64,000 nt of DNA, taken from assembly GCA_965644265.1 (NCBI GenBank), contig OZ286472.1:44950001-45014000 (forward strand). Direction: 5' to 3'. Source of the DNA: Glycera tridactyla (lineage: Eukaryota). Of this stretch, positions 11,591-26,339 are shown one piece after another (position 1 is the first letter of the stretch; each line of letters opens with the position of its first letter). The notes below the pieces were generated by a model. It was given only the letters and a program-made list of their open reading frames with translations, was not told the origin of the DNA and did no database searches. A program made the translations under genes and the position numbers.

Positions 11591-12449
11591 TATGAATAAA
11601 TCTTCTCATTGTTATGCCATTTAACTTATAGATCACTCCTGCCATCTTCAATACAAGATAGGACCAAGTGTCCAGGAGAATATCATGGAAACGAAATCGT
11701 TAAAGTGAGCCGTGACAAGAGTAAGCACGTCACTTTCGCTTTGTTTCGCCTAGTCCTTCAGGTCGGCACATTGGAAATTCACCATACCGACTCATCCTTG
11801 AAAGTCATGGTCAGAATCCAGGTCGTTGGAGACCCTGGTATTTTCCAATTATTCAAAACAAAACCCACCTCCTACTGTAGAAAGCATCCAGTCTATTTGC
11901 GTATATCATTTGGCAGCCCATTTGGAGCCGAAAAACACAAAGATGATAGATGCACCCATAAAATCTACCTCACAAATTTTTAAGGTGGTTGTTGGTGGAT
12001 AGAGTAACTATACCTCAGTTATCATATTACTAGCGGCATCTTCTCTTTTATTCTCAAAAATTATTACCATGTACAGCGAAAAGAAATCGTCTTTCACGCG
12101 CATCGCAAGATTAACCCATCTCATGTGAGAGACGGACACTGCTACCAACTAAATGTCAGCAAAGACATGTCATCCCAATCTAATGCTTACTTTTTTAGAA
12201 ATCTATGGTGGCATTCACTTAACAGCCTTTCGGGTTCCCCGTCATCATGTGTTTAGGATTCGTGAGAGTGATGTCTGCAGTGGAAAGAGCATCAAGCTTT
12301 CATTGACCAGAATCACACGCCATACATATTCCTCTGGGTTGATACATGCCGTTAAACGAAAAAAAAAAATCAATCGATCGCATATGGTGGGATAATCATA
12401 TTATTAGGTGGCAAAGAAATATTTAATTGTGACTTCCCCATGAGAGCCT

Positions 12450-14560
12450 ACATAAAGTTTCAATTCAATTCAAAAAGAAGTCTGATACCAGTTACAATAA
12501 TGATTCATCACCATCCTGAACTTGGATATATGTTGATGGGAGAGGCGTGTCATTTCGGCAGCTAAGCGACATAGACAACGGAGAAATTATCAGAAGGTGA
12601 TCAAAATCAAATTGACTCTTCATCTACCACCCATGTGGATTCCGTAATTATGTCTTCATTAATTGTTGGAGAATCCGCCCAACCCGCCCCAGCCGAATGC
12701 AGACATATTGCTGTAAGAGACATGGCGAGATTTGCCAGTGGCTGGTAGAATTCCCAATGAAAGGTGTGTATTGGACCAGTATGTTTGGGATAGTAGATTT
12801 CGATGTTGAGTATATCACCACATTCCCATGCATGGTATTTGGTCTCTTCCTGTGAGCCAAGAAATAAAGGAGAAAGACTGTAGGTGAACCGAATGAATGT
12901 GCCGTGGAAAACGAAAACAGGGACTCCTCGTGAAATAATGTGCATCATGATGCATCTGCGAGGTTTTGACTGTCGTTAAGAATATCAGCATGTTGGATAT
13001 AAAGCATGTGTATCTGAATGGTATCTGTGATATTGGTTGGCCCAGAGTTCGAATAGGGGAGTTTTCAAATAGTTGGTCGTTGCAGAAAGCCGAGGAGGTG
13101 TGTCGACGCATCCACTTTGCCTGATTGCGGTCCAGGCATCCCCATTTGAATAACAGGAATGACTCCTTGAGTGTCTGTGAAATTCATAAATTTTCACCTT
13201 CCGATGGGGACGCGGGGGGGGGGGAGAATTATCTCACCCATGTCCATTGCAAGGGCGTCACAGTTAAACCACAACTAACACACCGACCATCCCCATTTGA
13301 ACTAGTAGATGGATCAACTGCCGGGGGACTGGAAAATGTCTCACTTTCTAAATTGGAGTAGGCTTATCTATCCATCACTGTGTATACAGGTGAGTGATAC
13401 ATTGGTAATTAAGCACAGGTCCTTGACTTCTCCATATACATCTCACCTGTGAAGACAGCCATGAGAAGAACTTTTTCAGTAACCATTTCATGTCAAGCAG
13501 GTAAAAGGATTGCTATGAGCAGTAATTGGAAATGGCCCTGTTCTGTACTACATCCGGAAACCTTATCACTATTGAACTTCAGGAATCTACAGGGGGCATG
13601 ATGAAGTATTATCACAATACGTGGTATTGAGCAGGAATTTGCCCAAAGATTTCGATATCTTGAGGAATATGTCCATGGCGAAATTTCACTGATTTATATC
13701 AAGATGAGCCCTTCAGAATAGAGGGCAGGGACAATATTCTTTCAATCGCCTAACTGTCATTTGATGGAAAAGAGTCTAGGATTCGACGTGGTTTGCGAGA
13801 GGGCAACACGATATTGTTGTTCATGTTGAGGTAGTCTGGTCATTGGCACGAAAGGGTCGTTTTCATGCACTGTATGCTTCCGCACAAATATCTTTTGTGT
13901 GAGCAGGGTTTCATTACCTCCCATTCAACCATTTGCTTAGAGCAACTAATAAATATGTCCAAGTCAACCATATCTCACAATGCATATAATACAGAAATTT
14001 CGGGTAAACATCATGGAGATTTTCGAAATCTCAAGAAAACTACTTATCACTGCTTCGAATCCATGCAATTTGATCTTTCCCTGCCCGTGAGAAAACATGA
14101 TCAGTTCGATCAGAATTGGGATATCCCAGGACGATGTGCCCCTTTCCATGTTCTGAATCTGTTATTGTCCTGTATATAATTAAATCTCCTGCTATGATAA
14201 GTTTATGTAGGGGTCAGGATCCAATACCTGTAATGGATACATGAATCTATCTCCCTCTTCCGCACATTATGATACTTTCATACATATCCCTAGCTCATAT
14301 TGTGTTTCCAAATGGAATACTTCCTATAGCACCACTTTTAGAAACCTGAAATGAATCCAACACTCGCCCATATAGATGTACAATAACCTCTTCGGGAAAT
14401 AGATATTTTGTTTCTGATAATGACTTCGACGTGTTCTGTCCCTGAGCAGTATGGCCAGGTGATGATGATCTTAATCGTAATTCTTTGAGACTAGGTCATA
14501 CTCAGGTGAATGGTTTCACGAATGATCATCCCAATCAATAATGCACCTAGGTACCCAACA
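12450..14560 (-). mobile_element. Heavily decayed, internally deleted L1/Tx1-like LINE ORF2 relic
   Basis: Broken frames give KLIIAGDL and DRTDHVF (APE-like, about 14060-14190), VEWEVMK, and SPLFLGSQEETKYHAWEC (resembles the C-terminal C..C...ET..HLFW.C zinc motif, about 12820-12880). (TTGAA)n-like tail near 12460. No RT core found. Confidence 0.35.
13152..13280 (+). mobile_element. SINE-like family copy
   Basis: CCTTGAGTGTCTGTGAAATTCATAAAT...GGGCGTCACAGTTAAAC matches 26340-26513. Confidence 0.6.
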
Positions 14561-17500
14561 AACTCTGTCCATATGTCTGTGGTAAGCTAGAACTTTCATT
14601 CCTTTTTTCATACCGAGACGTTCAGAGTTGTCTGTTCGAGATCACATTGTGATCATTCATTCACGGTGGTGCTTGCTAATGGGGTGAGCACATAAACATA
14701 AGTGTATAAGGATTCCATTTTTTTAGCGCATTTTTCATCTGTTATTGGTTCATGAACAGATGAATTGTTGTTCTGGGCGACAGATCGTATGAGGTCGAAC
14801 ACAATGGGCGGTCTGTCACTGAAAAATAAATCTAGTCCCAAGGACCTTTTTTCTGTTTGGTGTAAACTTGTGTATTCTTTCAATCCATTATTACCTCGGA
14901 CTGGCTGTCCCAAAAAACTACTCGGGCAGAATGATCAGTTGGTGAGATTGGTTCTTATGAGGATCATAAAGACTACTCTGACGTGTGAGGTATCACGCTC
15001 CAAAAGGATTGTATTACAAAGATTGTCTTTGTTACGGATGTTCGTTGTAACAAACTGCCCCTACTCTGACTGGTATTCATACATGGAATATGATAATTAG
15101 GCTCAGTTGTGTTGGAGAACTTTGTTGGCATAATTGAAAGATTCTCAGCAAATTCTTCCCCACGAAACTACCCCTCGTGCGTGCAACACCTATAAAATCA
15201 AATCGAACTATACATGACTGCTACATGCATTGCTTTGAATGGTAGAATATAATGAATGACGATGTCTTCACAGCTCCATTGGCTTTCCGAGTCTATGCTA
15301 TTTGTGTTTGATATTCGCCCGAGAAAAAGACATCACTGCATCATCAGACAACTTTCTTCATTCCGCCTAAGAATGGTGTATGGACAGACAGACCCCCCCC
15401 CCCCCCATCCTTCCCATATCAGCAGTTACGACTAGCTCAGCTAGCTAAATGCTTGACCATACAAATGTATTGGTTTGGGCTCTCTGTGAAGAAAGCATTT
15501 CAAGCATCTCAATATGATGTGGCCCAAGCTATCATTACAGACACAAAGTCAACTTGGCCCTTCCACACTTCAGATCGGAATATGATTCACTCGACATTGT
15601 CTATGAAAGTCAAGTTTGATCGTTCAAAAAGTGGCCTTTATAGGCAGGTGGCCTTTGTAGAGAGGTTATTTACTGTTGAATATACCATACCCTGCCCGTG
15701 AGAAACCATTGGTAATTAAGCACAGGTCCTTGACTTCTCCATATACATCTCACCTGTGAAGACAGCCATGAGAAGAACTTTTTCAGTAACCATTTCATGT
15801 CAAGCAGGTAAAAGGATTGCTATGAGCAGTAATTGGAAATGGCCCTGTTCTGTACTACATCCGGAAACCTTATCACTATTGAACTTCAGGAATCTACAGG
15901 GGGCATGATGAAGTATTATCACAATACGTGGTATTGAGCAGGAATTTGCCCAAAGATTTCGATATCTTGAGGAATATGTCCATGGCGAAATTTCACTGAT
16001 TTATATCAAGATGAGCCCTTCAGAATAGAGGGCAGGGACAATATTCTTTCAATCGCCTAACTGTCATTTGATGGAAAAGAGTCTAGGATTCGACGTGGTT
16101 TGCGAGAGGGCAACACGATATTGGTGTTCATGTTGAGGTAGTCTGGTCATTGGCACGAAAGGGTCGTTTTCATGCACTGTATGCTTCCGCACAAATATCT
16201 TTTGTGTGAGCAGGGTTTCATTACCTCCCATTCAACCATTTGCTTAGAGCAACTAATAAATATGTCCAAGTCAACCATATCTCACAATGCATATAATACA
16301 GAAATTTCGGGTAAACATCATGGAGATTTTCGAAATCTCAAGAAAACTACTTATCACTGCTTCGAATCCATGCAATTTGATCTTTCCCTGCCCGTGAGAA
16401 AACATGATCAGTTCGATCAGAATTGGGATATCCCAGGACGATGTGCCCCTTTCCATGTTCTGAATCTGTTATTGTCCTGTATATAATTAAATCTCTTGCT
16501 ATGATAAGTTTATGTAGGGGTCAGGATCCAATACCTGTAATGGATACATGAATCTATCTCCCTCTTCCGCACATTATGATACTTTCATACATATCCCTAG
16601 CTCATATTGTGTTTCCAAATGGAATACTTCCTATAGCACCACTTTTAGAAACCTGAAATGAATCCAACACTCGCCCATATAGATGTACAATAACCTCTTC
16701 GGGAAATAGATATTTTGTTTCTGATAATGACTTCGACGTGTTCTGTCCCTGAGCAGTATGGCCAGGTGATGATGATCTTAATCGTAATTCTTTGAGACTA
16801 GGTCATACTCAGGTGAATGGTTTCACGAATGATCATCCCAATCAATAATGCACCTAGGTACCCAACAAACTCTGTCCATATGTCTGTGGTAAGCTAGAAC
16901 TTTCATTCCTTTTTTCATACCGAGACGTTCAGAGTTGTCTGTTCGAGATCACATTGTGATCATTCATTCACGGTGGTGCTTGCTAATGGGGTGAGCACAT
17001 AAACATAAGTGTATAAGGATTCCAGTTTTATAGCGCATTTTTCATCTGTTATTGGTTCATGAACAGATGAATTGTTGTTCTGGGCGACAGATCGTATGAG
17101 GTCGAACACAATGGGCGGTCTGTCACTGAAAAATAAATCTAGTCCCAAGGACCTTTTTTCTGTTTGGTGTAAACTTGTGTATTCTTTCAATCCATTATTA
17201 CCTCGGACTGGCTGTCCCAAAAAACTACTCGGGCAGAATGATCAGTTGGTGAGATTGGTTCTTATGAGGATCATAAAGACTACTCTGACGTGTGAGGTAT
17301 CACGCTCCAAAAGGATTGTATTACAAAGATTGTCTTTGTTACGGATGTTCGTTGTAACAAACTGCCCCTACTCTGACTGGTATTCATACATGGAATATGA
17401 TAATTAGGCTCAGTTGTGTTGGAGAACTTTGTTGGCATAATTGAAAGATTCTCAGCAAATTCTTCCCCACGAAACTACCCCTCGTGCGTGCAACACCTAT

Positions 17501-20305
17501 AAAATCAAATCGAACTATACATGACTGCTACATGCATTGCTTTGAATGGTAGAATATAATGAATGACGATGTCTTCACAGCTCCATTGGCTTTCCGAGTC
17601 TATGCTATTTGTGTTTGATATTCGCCCGAGAAAAAGACATCACTGCATCATCAGACAACTTTCTTCATTCCGCCTAAGAATGGTGTATGGACAGACAGAC
17701 CCCCCCCCCCCCCCCCATCCTTCCCATATCAGCAGTTACGACTAGCTCAGCTAGCTAAATGCTTGACCATACAAATGTATTGGTTTGGGCTCTCTGTGAA
17801 GAAAGCATTTCAAGCATCTCAATATGATGTGGCCCAAGCTATCATTACAGACACAAAGTCAACTTGGCCCTTCCACACTTCAGATCGGAATATGATTCAC
17901 TCGACATTGTCTATGAAAGTCAAGTTTGATCGTTCAAAAAGTGGCCTTTATAGGCAGGTGGCCTTTGTAGAGAGGTTATTTACTGTTGAATATACCATAC
18001 CCTGCCCGTGAGAAACCATTGGTAATTAAGCACAGGTCCTTGACTTCTCCATATACATCTCACCTGTGAAGACAGCCATGAGAAGAACTTTTTCAGTAAC
18101 CATTTCATGTCAAGCAGGTAAAAGGATTGCTATGAGCAGTAATTGGAAATGGCCCTGTTCTGTACTACATCCGGAAACCTTATCACTATTGAACTTCAGG
18201 AATCTACAGGGGGCATGATGAAGTATTATCACAATACGTGGTATTGAGCAGGAATTTGCCCAAAGATTTCGATATCTTGAGGAATATGTCCATGGCGAAA
18301 TTTCACTGATTTATATCAAGATGAGCCCTTCAGAATAGAGGGCAGGGACAATATTCTTTCAATCGCCTAACTGTCATTTGATGGAAAAGAGTCTAGGATT
18401 CGACGTGGTTTGCGAGAGGGCAACACGATATTGGTGTTCATGTTGAGGTAGTCTGGTCATTGGCACGAAAGGGTCGTTTTCATGCACTGTATGCTTCCGC
18501 ACAAATATCTTTTGTGTGAGCAGGGTTTCATTACCTCCCATTCAACCATTTGCTTAGAGCAACTAATAAATATGTCCAAGTCAACCATATCTCACAATGC
18601 ATATAATACAGAAATTTCGGGTAAACATCATGGAGATTTTCGAAATCTCAAGAAAACTACTTATCACTGCTTCGAATCCATGCAATTTGATCTTTCCCTG
18701 CCCGTGAGAAAACATGATCAGTTCGATCAGAATTGGGATATCCCAGGACGATGTGCCCCTTTCCATGTTCTGAATCTGTTATTGTCCTGTATATAATTAA
18801 ATCTCTTGCTATGATAAGTTTATGTAGGGGTCAGGATCCAATACCTGTAATGGATACATGAATCTATCTCCCTCTTCCGCACATTATGATACTTTCATAC
18901 ATATCCCTAGCTCATATTGTGTTTCCAAATGGAATACTTCCTATAGCACCACTTTTAGAAACCTGAAATGAATCCAACACTCGCCCATATAGATGTACAA
19001 TAACCTCTTCGGGAAATAGATATTTTGTTTCTGATAATGACTTCGACGTGTTCTGTCCCTGAGCAGTATGGCCAGGTGATGATGATCTTAATCGTAATTC
19101 TTTGAGACTAGGTCATACTCAGGTGAATGGTTTCACGAATGATCATCCCAATCAATAATGCACCTAGGTACCCAACAAACTCTGTCCATATGTCTGTGGT
19201 AAGCTAGAACTTTCATTCCTTTTTTCATACCGAGACGTTCAGAGTTGTCTGTTCGAGATCACATTGTGATCATTCATTCACGGTGGTGCTTGCTAATGGG
19301 GTGAGCACATAAACATAAGTGTATAAGGATTCCAGTTTTATAGCGCATTTTTCATCTGTTATTGGTTCATGAACAGATGAATTGTTGTTCTGGGCGACAG
19401 ATCGTATGAGGTCGAACACAATGGGCGGTCTGTCACTGAAAAATAAATCTAGTCCCAAGGACCTTTTTTCTGTTTGGTGTAAACTTGTGTATTCTTTCAA
19501 TCCATTATTACCTCGGACTGGCTGTCCCAAAAAACTACTCGGGCAGAATGATCAGTTGGTGAGATTGGTTCTTATGAGGATCATAAAGACTACTCTGACG
19601 TGTGAGGTATCACGCTCCAAAAGGATTGTATTACAAAGATTGTCTTTGTTACGGATGTTCGTTGTAACAAACTGCCCCTACTCTGACTGGTATTCATACA
19701 TGGAATATGATAATTAGGCTCAGTTGTGTTGGAGAACTTTGTTGGCATAATTGAAAGATTCTCAGCAAATTCTTCCCCACGAAACTACCCCTCGTGCGTG
19801 CAACACCTATAAAATCAAATCGAACTATACATGACTGCTACATGCATTGCTTTGAATGGTAGAATATAATGAATGACGATGTCTTCACAGCTCCATTGGC
19901 TTTCCGAGTCTATGCTATTTGTGTTTGATATTCGCCCGAGAAAAAGACATCACTGCATCATCAGACAACTTTCTTCATTCCGCCTAAGAATGGTGTATGG
20001 ACAGACAGACCCCCCCCCCCCCCATCCTTCCCATATCAGCAGTTACGACTAGCTCAGCTAGCTAAATGCTTGACCATACAAATGTATTGGTTTGGGCTCT
20101 CTGTGAAGAAAGCATTTCAAGCATCTCAATATGATGTGGCCCAAGCTATCATTACAGACACAAAGTCAACTTGGCCCTTCCACACTTCAGATCGGAATAT
20201 GATTCACTCGACATTGTCTATGAAAGTCAAGTTTGATCGTTCAAAAAGTGGCCTTTATAGGCAGGTGGCCTTTGTAGAGAGGTTATTTACTGTTGAATAT
20301 ACCAT
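13400..20305. repeat. Tandem triplication of a 2.29-kb segment
   Basis: Units 13400-15688, 15707-17998 and 18017-20305 are near identical and separated by the same 18-nt insert (15689-15706, 17999-18016). Identical ORFs recur three times in the ORF track. Confidence 0.97.
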
Positions 20306-20350
20306 CGCGGTCGTAGCTTTGGGTGGTCTTTATAGGTAGGTGGTCTCCCA
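20205..20350 (-). mobile_element. pogo/Tc1-like MITE, degenerate; truncated copies end tandem units 1 and 2
   Basis: Reverse-complement similarity to the MITE at 33972-34141 (AAAAGTGGCCTTTATAGGCAGGTGG...GGGTGGTCTTTATAG). Confidence 0.7.
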
Positions 20351-22913
20351 AACAAGCTGGGATGGGCGGATGTTCGATCGATTGATTGCGGTCTATGGGC
20401 ATACATCAACCCATTTCATTTGTTTATCGCGTGATTCAGATCCAGTGCCCCGGGAAGGAGAAAATGTTCCCAAAACAGCACATTCCTCGGAATGCGGAAA
20501 CGATGAAGCCCAGGGACAGTTAAACAGAAACTCTCGTGGGTGGAAGTCGTGATTGGCTCCGTCTGAACTTCATGCACATTCAATGAGCTGTAAGACTTGA
20601 GAGCAACCCAGTCTTCACGTTGATGTTGTTCACCAAACCACATATATCCTTCCGAGTGACATCTCGTGCCTCTGCTGCGAACTTCAAACTGGCACTCAGC
20701 CACAGTCCTACAACACTCGCCCACCACCACCAAAGCTCTAATCTTCAGGCACGCATACACGTATGGTAATGTCACATATGTCCGAACGGCCTCGCGAAGT
20801 TTCAACCAATCATTGTTGGAGTTTGAAAGGCAAATTCCCATCTCCAAAAGACTTCAATAATATGGTGCACGCTGGTATTTATCATTCATTGACTAGGATG
20901 AATAAAACTCGTTCATCACGAAATCAATGGACACGACACGTGGACATTATATGTGATATGCGATATAGGTGAATTATACATGCTATTCTGACTGCCTGTC
21001 TACATGGTGTACACTTGTCAATTCAGATGTGAGCCGCGCATGCTAACTCACTAGGATGTTCTGCATTCGTATGTCGTATCCACGTGTCATCATTACATAG
21101 ACTTCAACAATTAGGCACTATAATCCTGTGTTTGACCTATCAAATAGAAGTTCAACCTTTATAGCAATCTTGAATAAAGAGGTCCTTCCCAAATGTCTAA
21201 TGAAAATAGAACAGTTTCAATAAGTTGAGTCTGGCAAATGACACGGCAGGGGTTTTACAGATCTCATCCCCTGAAATATGCTCACAGCGTGCGTGCAGCC
21301 CAGGTGTTAAAGGGCAGCAATCGACGAAGAATTCTTAAGAAATATTAACACTCACGTATTTTGTGATTCTATCCATAGTATTCAAGCCCGATAAGAGAGG
21401 TGTATCGACAAGATAGAGCCAGGCTAGTGGGACAGTGATGATCATACTGATCACTGACCTCTCAGGCCAGCTGTGAGTGAGTAGTCGCCATCGCCATTCG
21501 AAACCGCACAGACACAATGTCTAGCGGAATATAGCAGGTCATATTGGCTGGTGAATGCCGGTAGCACACACTGCCTAGCAAATGCTGGCACACACACGCA
21601 CACAAACGCATGTAGGTACACACGAACACATACGTTCACCCACATACATGATTTCATGTGATGTAGAACATAGCTACACCAACAAAATGTAAGCGTGTTT
21701 GGTCATACTAAGGCGAATGTTTATCATATATGATCAGATATAGGGTGAACCAATGCGCTCGATGTATCGGATCATAAAGAATAAGTTAACCACGATTTGA
21801 TGATATAGAATGGTACATCTCACATGCGCACAACAAACCCCGTATTTGACTTGTAATCTACAGTGCAATAAAAATATGGATTGGTAACCAAAACCTGCGT
21901 TTTCTGCTGCAAGCCCTCCATTCCAGTGTCTGATAGCTTCTCGAGTTGCTATCCATATGAGATCCATTTAATCTTATTGAAGCAAGCAGTATATCACGGA
22001 CAGCGGTGGTAATTAATCCGCATATTCTATCCTCCGCGAGCATCTCTGGACCATCAAGTATACCTGGATGAGAAGTGCATGACTACAAAATCCTGCCGAG
22101 CAATGCATAACGCCACAGAAAGGCAATTGGCTGAATCGAGCACAAATATTACACTTAGATATTACACATGTAAGCCCATTTGCTCAGTGTGATATAGAGA
22201 AAGTGTGTCCAAACCGACAGCCACTTTCACTTGATAACGTTTCCCATCATGCTGGGCCTAGGATCTGTAAGGGCGACGCTGGCAGAGGGTCGTGACCGCC
22301 TCCGAAAAACCTGATATACACAATGGCATGTGATGAAACAGGTCGTTCGAACCCCCATCACTTAACCAACCAGCCAAGTGATGAAAATCTAGTAAATATA
22401 TATTGCAGTAGTGTAAAGTACGATGCATGCTACTACATTACCTTTGACGACCCTGAATTATCCGTTGGTTGAAGAAAGATGAATATACATAAGAGTGTGA
22501 TTAGGAGGGTGAACAATAGGATGACGACCATGGTAGCAGCAAATCCGCAAAACCTGACAAGATGTCATTTGATTCTCTCATAAGAAAACTCATCTCTTGG
22601 CAACACATGTAATATGTCATACAAGCTGCTGTCTGAGAAACATTTCACTATAATCCAGATACACAAGAAATCATACTGGCCGACCTCACTTGTTTTAAGC
22701 CATAGCAGGTGAGAGCACCAATGTCACCGGTGGATTCACCTGTTACCTAGTTTGACGGTCTCCTGGCACCTATTCGTTATATAGATGGTCCTAGTTGGCG
22801 AAACTCCATTCGCGATGATATAATAAAAGATGTTGAGCCTCAACAATGAGGAGTGAGCCAACGTAGCGTGTGATCACAGGAATGATAACGATATGCAAGC
22901 GTGAAGACAGATA

Positions 22914-23091
22914 TAGCCGAACCTCCCCCAAAGACCACCTCTCTATAAAGACCACCTCTCTATTAAGGACACCCTAACTTGCAAAAGTGGTAGTATTCTT
23001 AATAGTAAATGACCTCTCTATAAAGACTACCTCCCTATAAAGGTCGCTTTTTGATGCGACCGAAGGCGGTCTTTATAGAGAGGTTCGACTG
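22914..23091 (+). mobile_element. pogo/Tc1-like MITE
   Basis: Ends (c)AG(t)CGAACCT...AGGTTCGACTG with internal AAAGACCACCT subrepeats; same family as 33972-34141. Confidence 0.8.
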
Positions 23092-23979
23092 TTCTCTCAA
23101 ATCCGCCCATTCGAGAACCACTCATACTCACTGATTCGACTGTGAACAGGTTATTCGATTATGCATCTAATATCATTCTGCCATCGTGAATGTATTTGAA
23201 TATTATCATCATTGCTATATGTTCTGCCTTCAGTGTTGTTGTCTTTGTCGTCTTCATTGTGACCCTCCTGTCACCACTAACGTATACATTGCTGTCCTTT
23301 CTTCTGTTGGGTTAATAAGTCCGAGATTTCACGGATATCATATATCCAGTTTACATACAGCTTCGTGTTCATTTGACAATCAAAGAAAGGTTGGCAGCAT
23401 TCACAGGAATGCGACACGATAAATGGAATTCACCAGAAAGTTTGGTGTCGGGGCTGGCTATTCATGCCCGGAGGTAGATGTGCTCTGTGTCTGACAGGTG
23501 TGCTTCATCAAGATTCCGTATGGAGTGATGCTATGCGTTGATGATGTCATGGTATTTTATCACAACTCGAATATCATAAAGGGTCGCACGATGAATTAGA
23601 AGATGTTGCTCCATCTAAAAAATACAGCCCCCCCCCCTCCAAAAAAAAAACCCCAGAGCAGTCCCATCTAGACATTTGGACGCAATTCATTGGAATGTGG
23701 GCGTATATGCGATAGCTGGTTAAAGGTGATACATGACTGGTGTACGAGAGGCTGTGATGTACGATGGGCGGCATCTTTCAAGCAAATGGTTCCATCTGTA
23801 ATGTCTGAGCCTTGCAGATAAAGATGGAAATTCCACAATCATGATCCAAGTATGATATGTCTATTTAGGCGGATATTTGGTGGTCAGCGAAATCATGGTG
23901 GGCGAAATTTCTTGTGAAAGCTTGAGAGTCAGTTCTCCTTACAGACCGACAGGTAGCTAGGTATTGGACGGCAGTAAAC

Positions 23980-24340
23980 AAACATGCATGCAGGCGGACC
24001 AACAGACACACGCACGCGCACGGGCGCACACATGCACACACACATACACACACATACACACACACACACACACACACATAGACGAGAAACAGGCAGATAG
24101 ACCGACAAGCAGCCCGACAGACAGGTAGGCAGAAAGAAGGAGAACACAAAAAGGCAGACAGACAGGCAGGAAGACGGACAGACGGATATAAACAGACAGA
24201 CCTACAGATAGACTGACAAGCAGCCTGACAGACAGGTAGGCAGAAAGAAAGAAAGACAGGTAGATAGACAGACAGGTAGTTGGACATACTGCCTGACAAA
24301 CAGACAGACAGTAAGACAGACACATAGACAGACAAACATA
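23980..24340. repeat. Compound (CA)n/(GACA)n degenerate microsatellite
   Basis: Direct reading. Confidence 0.9.
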
Positions 24341-26339
24341 CCTTCTCGAAAGCGTGGACATTCGCATCCAATAGTTACTACACTTGATCCCGTGATAAAC
24401 GACTACGTAACCACAAGTGGTGAATGTGGGGCCTCTATATCACCGACCAGAGGTTTGACTGACAAAACAATGCACCATGTGATCCACCATCACAAGCTGA
24501 TATTCCGTCAACAACAATGACCTGCGTTCCTTCCTCTGTTTCTCTCAGGAGAAATACAAATTGGAATATGTAAACATTTGTGCTGTCGATACACAGCAGC
24601 TTATCCTAGCGGATGTATTATCCTGCCGAAGTATCTTCACTGTGATAACTCGAGAGAGGATCATGTCCCGAGCATGCACTTTCTATTCTCCAGATGGCAT
24701 ATTGAAACTGGTCTGACATTGGTTCCAATACAGATAGCAGACTGCTGCAAAATCAATCAATTCCAGAGGGAAGTGTGTCCATTTGGAACGTTCACGAAAT
24801 TTATGCTCGATGCTTCTGCAGACAAGGATGTTCAGACTTCGGAGCAGAGGCTCGCCCCCTTCCTGTTTCAAACTATCTCAAAATGGAAACGGGCTAATTC
24901 TTCCCAAGATTGCAGATACGAAATAAAGTCATTATAGCACACTTCACTGATTGATTTGACCTCACTTAACATCGAGGTACTAATTAAGAGTAAGCAGGTG
25001 AGTGTGGAGTGAATATATGATCGGACTATTTTTCTGCTACTTCGGATCAATTGTTGAAAGTTTCCCAATAATAGTATAGTATCAAAGTAGTTAAAAGACA
25101 ACTTCGATAATGCATAATCTTGGAAGCAAGAACAATATATCTGCAACTAGTGTGGATTTCTTTGCAAAGCTGAAGCCTTACCTATTGCGATATCCAGTCC
25201 ACGTATTGAATGACTAGTGTCACCGGGACCAGTGAGCGTCTGTACTACTCGGAGGGTTGTCCTGGATAGGCTGCTGGAGGCTTACATGAATGCATGTATA
25301 TACAAATTCCGGGCACAATTATGACGACGACATGATTTGTGTATGTGTTCCAGACACCAGCGCACCACGATATACATATACTAACCGTACCAATGATTTA
25401 TTGTGATTCCTTGGCGGGAATGAGTTTGACACACCCCCTCTAATTTATTGGTACAACGTTTGGCATCATTCTTTCCCATCATCTGTTTAAACGACGTATC
25501 GAGCTAGGATATATATATATACATTCTGTCCTCAATTAGGTGCTTAGATAGCAAATTCTGAATATCAACACTATAGATTTTCCTTTCAAACTCATTATCT
25601 CATGAAGATGATGCTGGCCAATATACCTGTCCGTGAAACATATATGGCAGCATGTGCACCAGTCTGTATTCCTGTTTTCTGGCTCGCATGCGGAGCTAAA
25701 TGTTAGTCTTTGTAATCGCGCAGTTGGTCCAGCCGTTCGGCCAGCTGGCTGGCTGGCCATCCGTCCAGCGTGAAGGTCTGATGTTGAGGTTTTGGTTAAA
25801 GTTTTTCTTTGAAGCCTCACTCGGCTAATAATGCACCTACATTCTTGAAATCTGGTATACATATGCATCAGTAGTTGGACGACAACACGGAAGCATTCTT
25901 TTCTATAATGAATCTCATATAGTTGGGACATTTTGAGGGAAAAAAAGACTTTTTATTTGTGAATTTGGAAATTTATGAGACAGCTGAACCCATTCATCTA
26001 GTCTGAGGTGCATAAAACCACAAGGAAATGTACACCATTTCCCCGACTGTCCATTCATTGTTGGGGAAGGCTCTCCTGGTAACTAACAATGCTTCTGTTG
26101 TTCCTGGCTGTGATGTAATAGTCAAATCAGTCTCATGCACTAATTTGCTACCTCAGGCACAGTACGAATAGATGTTCACTTTCTTCTACATACAAAAGTA
26201 TGCATGTTCAATTTTTTGCTCCCTTCAGTACAGTATAGATACATGGACCTCATTTCCTTTTCTCATACATGCGACCTAGTGGAAGCTATGTGAATGAATC
26301 TCATGTTCACATGGTAACAACACGATCAACATTTTCAAT

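Noticed and set aside
13865-20339. ORFs repeated three times in the tandem units
   Set aside because: Recurrence is due to the triplication; they are short and motif-free, and partly antisense to a decayed LINE.
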